Origin: Malacoraja senta
Taxonomy: Eukaryota
Assembly (NCBI GenBank): GCA_038087875.1
Contig: CM075993.1
Location: 10,976,001-11,040,000, forward strand
Direction: 5' to 3'
DNA length: 64,000 nt
Shown: positions 63,207-64,000 of the stretch, one piece after another
Layout: every line of letters begins with the position of its first letter
How positions within the stretch are numbered: position 1 is the stretch's first letter
Made by a program: the position numbers and the translations under genes
The notes under the pieces: generated by a model
Told to the model about the DNA's origin: nothing
The model's database searches: none
Seen by the model: the letters and a program-made list of their open reading frames with translations, nothing else

Positions 63207-63611
63207 GGTGGGACTAGTGTAGATGGGGCAACTTGGATGGCATGGGCAAGTTGGGCCGAATGGCCATGTTGTATGACTCTATAACTCTATAACTATTCTG
63301 TCATTTGATCATCGATTCCTCCCTACTTTTACCACATCTATTGTCTTCTGCAGAGAGGACAAGTATTTGTTCAAAGCCTCAGCCGGATCTATATCTTGTA
63401 TTTTAATTTCTCCCTCATTACATCTTGTCTCCCCATAGTTACTTTTCCAATCTCTTCATTATTACACAATTTTCGACAATATAATTCTCTTAGCCTTTGA
63501 TAAATTTTGCTCATTCACGGTCAGAATTATCTTTACCTTTGCATAAGAATGAACGAATGATACTTCATTGTCACAAGTGACAAGTCACAGTGATATTCTT
63601 TGCCAACCAAG

Positions 63612-64000
63612 TTCATAAGTTATAGGAGCAGATTTAGGCCATTTGGCCCATCAGGTCTACTCAACTTCAATCATATCCTTCCCTCAACCCCACTCTCCTG
63701 CCTTCTCCCCATAAGCTCTGACAATCAAGAATCTGCCAATCTCTTTAAAAAACACCCATTGACTTACCCAAGGTCTCCACAGCCTCTGAAGCAATGGATT
63801 CCACAGATTCACCACCCCCTGACTAAAGAAATTCCTCCCAAACTCCTTTCTAATGTTACATCCTTTTATTCTGAGGCTGTGGCCTCTGGTCCAAGACTCT
63901 CCCACTAGTGGAAACATTCTCTCCAGATCCACTCTATCATTAGACAATAGACAATAGGTGCAGGAGTAGGCCATTCGGCCCTTCGAGCCAGCACCGCCAT
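63612..64000 (-). mobile_element. CR1 LINE 3' fragments
   Basis: DRVDLERMFPLVGESWTRGHSLRIKG...FFSQGVVNLWN; a second (AATAGAC)n tail at the window end. Confidence 0.85.

Overview
Vertebrate genomic DNA, most likely a cartilaginous fish such as a skate or ray. This is inferred from dense HE1-like V-SINEs, CR1/HER1-like and Rex1/Babar LINEs, and Penelope-type repeats. Only one host protein-coding gene is recognisable: an intronless-CDS FOXB1 (16197-17147, +) in a CpG-rich, transposon-depleted domain with several candidate conserved non-coding enhancers. There is one canonical tRNA-Phe(GAA) gene (62998-63070) and a 200-N assembly gap. The rest is mostly retro- and DNA-transposon debris and microsatellites. 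Most notable observations: (1) a non-autonomous DNA transposon with CAAAGATC termini and an 8-bp TSD (57003-57398), plus three tiny TIR remnants between target duplications (28811, 39992, 63185). These look like P-element-type excision footprints, and two sit at the same site in a CR1 3' tail. (2) An abundant Penelope-derived repeat carrying a minimal hammerhead-ribozyme-like core, often in inverted pairs. (3) A PIF/Harbinger MITE pair, a decayed IR/DR Tc1 element and a teleost-AFC-like CORE-SINE. Family names come from recalled motifs, not database searches, and most repeat boundaries are approximate.
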